A DNA stretch of 64,000 nt from positions 28,146 through 92,145 of IMG/VR virus record IMGVR_UViG_3300033150_001135; one strand, written 5' to 3'. The stretch comes from a virus. Positions 60,257-64,000 of this stretch are shown here, one piece after another (within the stretch, counting starts at the first letter, position 1; every line of letters begins with the position of its first letter). The notes under the pieces were generated by a model. That model had not been told where the DNA came from. It saw only the letters and a program-made list of their open reading frames with translations, and made no database searches. Made by a program: the position numbers and the translations under genes.

Positions 60257-61239
60257 CAATGAAGATAGAAGATATTTTTCCGGATGGCAAGTGGGCAAGT
60301 AGTGGAAAGGAGTATATAGTTAAGTGCCCGTTTTGTGGTGACCCTCCTCGTTCCCACAACCATTGTTATGTTAATGTAACTGAGGGTATGTTTTACTGTC
60401 ACTACTGTGGTGAAGGGGGACGTATAGAGAAGTTGTTGCGTAAAGTTGGTAAGAGTATTAAGAAAGTAGAGAAAAAAAAGAAAGAGCCTCAAAAAGTTGC
60501 TTTGGTGGATTTTGAATCATTTCTAAAAGTTACAGGTACTAAAACTACTTTGGATAGATTGGCTTCTACTTACCTACGTAGTAGGGGGGTAAATGATACT
60601 GATGTTGAGTATTACAATATTAGGTACTCCACCACTGGTCGGTTCTATGGCAGAGTAATTATACCAGTATACGAGAATAAAAAAATAGTTTGCTTTGTGG
60701 CACGAGCATTTCTACCATTCGTTAAACCTAAGTATCTGTTTCCCAGGAAGGGGGAAACAATTCTAACTGCTAACCAAGTGTTATTTCATTACGATGAAGC
60801 AGTGAAGAATAAAGGAGGGTCTTACTTGCTAGTTGAAGGAGTACTTGATGCAATTCTAGCTTCTAAGAAGCTGAGTTCAAGGATGGGGGTTATTCCTATT
60901 GCTCTACTAAGTAGTTACTTGGGGGAAAGTCAGGAGTATAAACTAGCACGGTTAGGACAGTCTTCCACAGATACTCAGTTCTATGTTATGTTAGACTCGG
61001 ATGCTAATGACAAAGCATGGAAACTAGCAAAGAGACTATCGAAGTGGGGATACCAGATCAAAGTATGTGATCTGAGTAAAGTAGGCAGTGGTAAGCAAGA
61101 TCCGGCATCAGTAACTGTTGAAGGACTAATTAAGTCAATGAATGAAGCGATACAGTTTAGTGATGAAACTAAAATAGAAGTTGAACTTGGAGTGGAGAAA
61201 GAAAATGTACAATCCAGAAGAAATACGTCGTTTAGCTAA
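60253..61239 (+). CDS. DNA primase (Zn finger + Toprim)
   Basis: CPFC..H..CHYC, RVIIP, KY, VEGVLD, LDSD, DP. Confidence 0.9.
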   Translation: MTMKIEDIFPDGKWASSGKEYIVKCPFCGDPPRSHNHCYVNVTEGMFYCHYCGEGGRIEKLLRKVGKSIKKVEKKKKEPQKVALVDFESFLKVTGTKTTLDRLASTYLRSRGVNDTDVEYYNIRYSTTGRFYGRVIIPVYENKKIVCFVARAFLPFVKPKYLFPRKGETILTANQVLFHYDEAVKNKGGSYLLVEGVLDAILASKKLSSRMGVIPIALLSSYLGESQEYKLARLGQSSTDTQFYVMLDSDANDKAWKLAKRLSKWGYQIKVCDLSKVGSGKQDPASVTVEGLIKSMNEAIQFSDETKIEVELGVEKENVQSRRNTSFS

Positions 61240-61642
61240 AGAATACGTAAGAACAGGTGACACAAGAATATTTGAAAAACTTTTAACTGAACAGTTAAGT
61301 GATATTATAGATATTCAGTTAGCTAAAAAGTATAAAGGGTTAAGAGAATATTGGGGGGATATAAGGCAAGATATCCTTTTACAGTTTTGGAAATGGGCAG
61401 TGGAAGGAACTGCTAAAGGAGTTAATCTTAGGGAATCATTGAAGAAGGCATCAACTAAAGATTTCTATAACTTTTTCTATTTGAGAATAAGTACGTTTCT
61501 GTACTATCGTGTAGCAGAGTTAGAAAAAGAATATGAAAGTTTGAAAACAAACGTAACCTTTTTTGATGACTTACCAATGCAGTGGAAAACTAAGTTTGGT
61601 ATTGAATTAGAAGACAAGGATTGGGAGTTTTATGGAAAGTAG
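61205..61642 (+). CDS. Sigma-factor region-2-like protein
   Basis: GDTRIFEKLL..DIRQDILLQFWK..FYNFFYLRI pattern. Confidence 0.4.
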   Translation: MYNPEEIRRLAKEYVRTGDTRIFEKLLTEQLSDIIDIQLAKKYKGLREYWGDIRQDILLQFWKWAVEGTAKGVNLRESLKKASTKDFYNFFYLRISTFLYYRVAELEKEYESLKTNVTFFDDLPMQWKTKFGIELEDKDWEFYGK

Positions 61643-62213
61643 AAGGTTAGATAAGGTTACTGTGGAAAATTTTGCAAAAACCCATCCTGGTTCTATAGTA
61701 ACTGACTTGCTTATGCATTTCGATGTTGATGTAGTAACTAATTTGATTAGTTTGTATTCAGGTAGACAGATATACATTCCTACGGCTAAAACAGTATGGG
61801 TGGGACATAGGAACGAAATTATAAAGGAGGAACTGAATAAAAGTAATACAAGAGAAGTAAGGATGCAATTAGCGATACGGTTTGGATTGACAACTAAAGA
61901 TATTAGTGATATCTATACTGTGGTAAGGAATAAGAAAGTAGTTGTAAAAAGTAGAACAGTAAAACATATAGTGGATATTATTTTCAGAAAACATGAAAGG
62001 TGGTATCGTAAGGAGGTTTGGAAACTAGTTAAAAGTAGTGAGAATGTCCATTTTCAAGATCCTGAGACGTTGTATATACTTAAAGAATTACGAGGAAACG
62101 TAATGGATCGTTGTATACGAGACATAAGTACGCATTTGTCCCTTGTAGGTAATGAAAGAAAGAAGAAGGATGCGGTTACTATTTTGTATAAGAAAATACA
62201 GGAAATGTGGTAG
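61632..62213 (+). CDS. Mor-like transcription activator
   Basis: YSGRQIYIP..RNEII....LAIRFGLT..I. Confidence 0.6.
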   Translation: MESRRLDKVTVENFAKTHPGSIVTDLLMHFDVDVVTNLISLYSGRQIYIPTAKTVWVGHRNEIIKEELNKSNTREVRMQLAIRFGLTTKDISDIYTVVRNKKVVVKSRTVKHIVDIIFRKHERWYRKEVWKLVKSSENVHFQDPETLYILKELRGNVMDRCIRDISTHLSLVGNERKKKDAVTILYKKIQEMW

Positions 62214-62530
62214 TTTTATGTTGTATAAAAAAATAAAAATAAATTTTAGTTATTATATTTATAATGATTATAAATGTATAGTGGAAAGTAGTAAGTGAAG
62301 AAAGATTGGTTAAAAGAAATTGATAGAACGCGAGAACTTTTGAAACAAAAAGCGCGGGAGCAATGGTCACTACCAGAGAAACGGAAGATTAAACAAAGAG
62401 GAGAGCAGGAAGTGGATTTTTTTCGTATTTGGTATCCGCTTTGTGTATTAGAAAGAATGGAACGGTACTGGAGTAAGTATAGGTGGATGCCTCCGAGTTG
62501 GCAGCGTATACTGAAGGATTTAGCAAGAAA

Positions 62531-64000
62531 ATGGTAAGTAGTAAGAAGAGAGATATTATTGAAGTTTTTGAAGACCAGAGCGATCTTGGTCGTTATATGG
62601 GAAGGAACCAGGAGAGTTGGAAGAATTGGAAAATATGTTTGAAAGCTCTCTATGGTATACCATTAAGTAAAGAAGAGGTAGATACTTACTATAAGTATAC
62701 TGGTAGATCGGTTCCCCCTACCTCTAGTGGTTTTTCTGAGTTTTTTGCTGTTATAGGAAGACGAGGAGGGAAAAGTAGGATAGCAGCTTTTATAGCAACT
62801 TATGAAGCCGTTTACGGAGATTGGAAAAAGTACTTAGCACCAGGGCAGGATGCTCACGTTCTTTGTTTAGCTACAGATACAAGACAAGCACGATTAGTTT
62901 TTAAGTATATAGCTGCATTTCTACAAACTAAGCAGTCTTTGATCGTAAAGAAGTCGGAGGAAGAAATACAGTTAGATAACTCAGTTAACATTATAGTCAA
63001 AGCGGCTACATCGAGAGGAATACGTGGTTATACTACTGCAGTGGTAATATTGGATGAGTTAGCATTCTTCCGACCAGATACTGGATTTGCTAATCCGGAC
63101 AAAGATATTGTTGAGGCTCTTGTTCCTACCATGCTTAAAGGAGCAAAATTGATTGGTATTTCTTCGCCTCACCGTAAAGGAGGATACTTTTTCAATATCT
63201 ACCAAAGTAACTGGGGTAACGATGCATCTAGAGTACTCGTTTGGCAGGCACCTACTGACGATATGAATCCTACGATAGGAGAAGCACAGCAAGGACGACT
63301 GGCAAGACTAAATATTGATACAGCTTCTGTTGAGTATGGAGCTCAGTTTAGAGAAGATATTCAGCAGTTTATTCCTGGTTATGTGTTGGATGCAGCTATT
63401 GATGAGAATATAGTTTCAAGACCGTATAATGAAAGAAATAGATATTATGCATTTTGTGACCCTACTGGAGGGACAGGGGAAGATAGCTTTACGTTAGCAA
63501 TTGCACATATGGATAACGAAGAGAGTAAGATATTGTTGGATGTGGTAGAGGAGGAGAAACCTCCTATTGATTTGAAGGAAACAACAGCAAAGTTTGCATC
63601 TATTCTTAAGGAGTATGGTATATGGGAAGTAACAGGTGACAAGTATGCAGGCGACTGGCCGGCATCTGAGTTTCGGGTACATAACGTAATGTATAAACCA
63701 GCACCTAAGGAGAAAAGTAGAATTTATTCTGAGTTTGAGGGGATAATAAACTTAGGGAAAGTTCGGTTACTAGCTCAACCGGTAATAAAGAACCAGTTTA
63801 TGTCACTTGAACGGCGAACAGCAGGTAAGCAGGATAAGATAGACCACATGCGAGGGGCTCACGATGATGTGGCTAACTCTGTTGCTGGTGTAGTACATAA
63901 AATTTACTGCAAAATGTATCGTCGTCTTCATGGTGACGATGACGATTATGCTCGTATTCCTCATACAGTAGGGGCGGTGTCGGGTATCTATACCGCACCA
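62531..64000 (+). CDS. terL: Terminase large subunit (runs off window end; absent from ORF track)
   Basis: Translated by hand from ATG 62531: GRRGGKS Walker A, RG..VILDE Walker B, ISSP, EYGAQF, CDP, HDD..N. Confidence 0.9.
   Translation, partial: MVSSKKRDIIEVFEDQSDLGRYMGRNQESWKNWKICLKALYGIPLSKEEVDTYYKYTGRSVPPTSSGFSEFFAVIGRRGGKSRIAAFIATYEAVYGDWKKYLAPGQDAHVLCLATDTRQARLVFKYIAAFLQTKQSLIVKKSEEEIQLDNSVNIIVKAATSRGIRGYTTAVVILDELAFFRPDTGFANPDKDIVEALVPTMLKGAKLIGISSPHRKGGYFFNIYQSNWGNDASRVLVWQAPTDDMNPTIGEAQQGRLARLNIDTASVEYGAQFREDIQQFIPGYVLDAAIDENIVSRPYNERNRYYAFCDPTGGTGEDSFTLAIAHMDNEESKILLDVVEEEKPPIDLKETTAKFASILKEYGIWEVTGDKYAGDWPASEFRVHNVMYKPAPKEKSRIYSEFEGIINLGKVRLLAQPVIKNQFMSLERRTAGKQDKIDHMRGAHDDVANSVAGVVHKIYCKMYRRLHGDDDDYARIPHTVGAVSGIYTAP

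Noticed and set aside
129-63682. Minus-strand ORFs in the ORF track
   Set aside because: They are shadows of + strand genes with no recognisable motifs
1-64000. tRNA/rRNA genes, integrase, reverse transcriptase/DGR
   Set aside because: No complete cloverleaf, recombinase or RT motifs were seen in this window; lifestyle and host cannot be assigned from it

Overview
This 64 kb window is part of a large tailed dsDNA bacteriophage genome (long tape measure, siphovirus-like). Essentially all credible genes are on the + strand. The gene order is: tail module (1-10.9 kb); putative lysis/membrane genes; a promoter-led early region of small ORFs (13-24 kb); a palindrome-rich probable replication origin and DnaB helicase (26-29 kb); a 7-deazaguanine DNA-modification cluster (folE, two queC, dpdA; queD/queE at 53 kb) with extra radical SAM, SDR and sugar-kinase genes; a UDG-PolA DNA polymerase; T4-like recombination genes; a class II RNR; primase; and a terminase large subunit running off the window end. 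The key region is 39.7-44.5 kb. It holds three 36-nt-period dual-spacer arrays (about 18 units: AGCGAGCCA-N9-AGAAACCCA-N9) around a ParB gene and a nuclease-less Nop/IS110-like protein, i.e. a TIGR-TasA-type RNA-guided system. Nested inside it is a second, different array of three covarying stem-loops with a conserved GTTCCTAC motif and 22-25 nt variable loops, directly upstream of a 696-aa protein; I do not recognise this as a described system. Also notable are a hairpin whose loop is antisense to the shared ribosome-binding leader of seven early genes, and a 14-nt motif repeated at early-gene junctions. All protein calls come from reading motifs by eye; no database searches were run.
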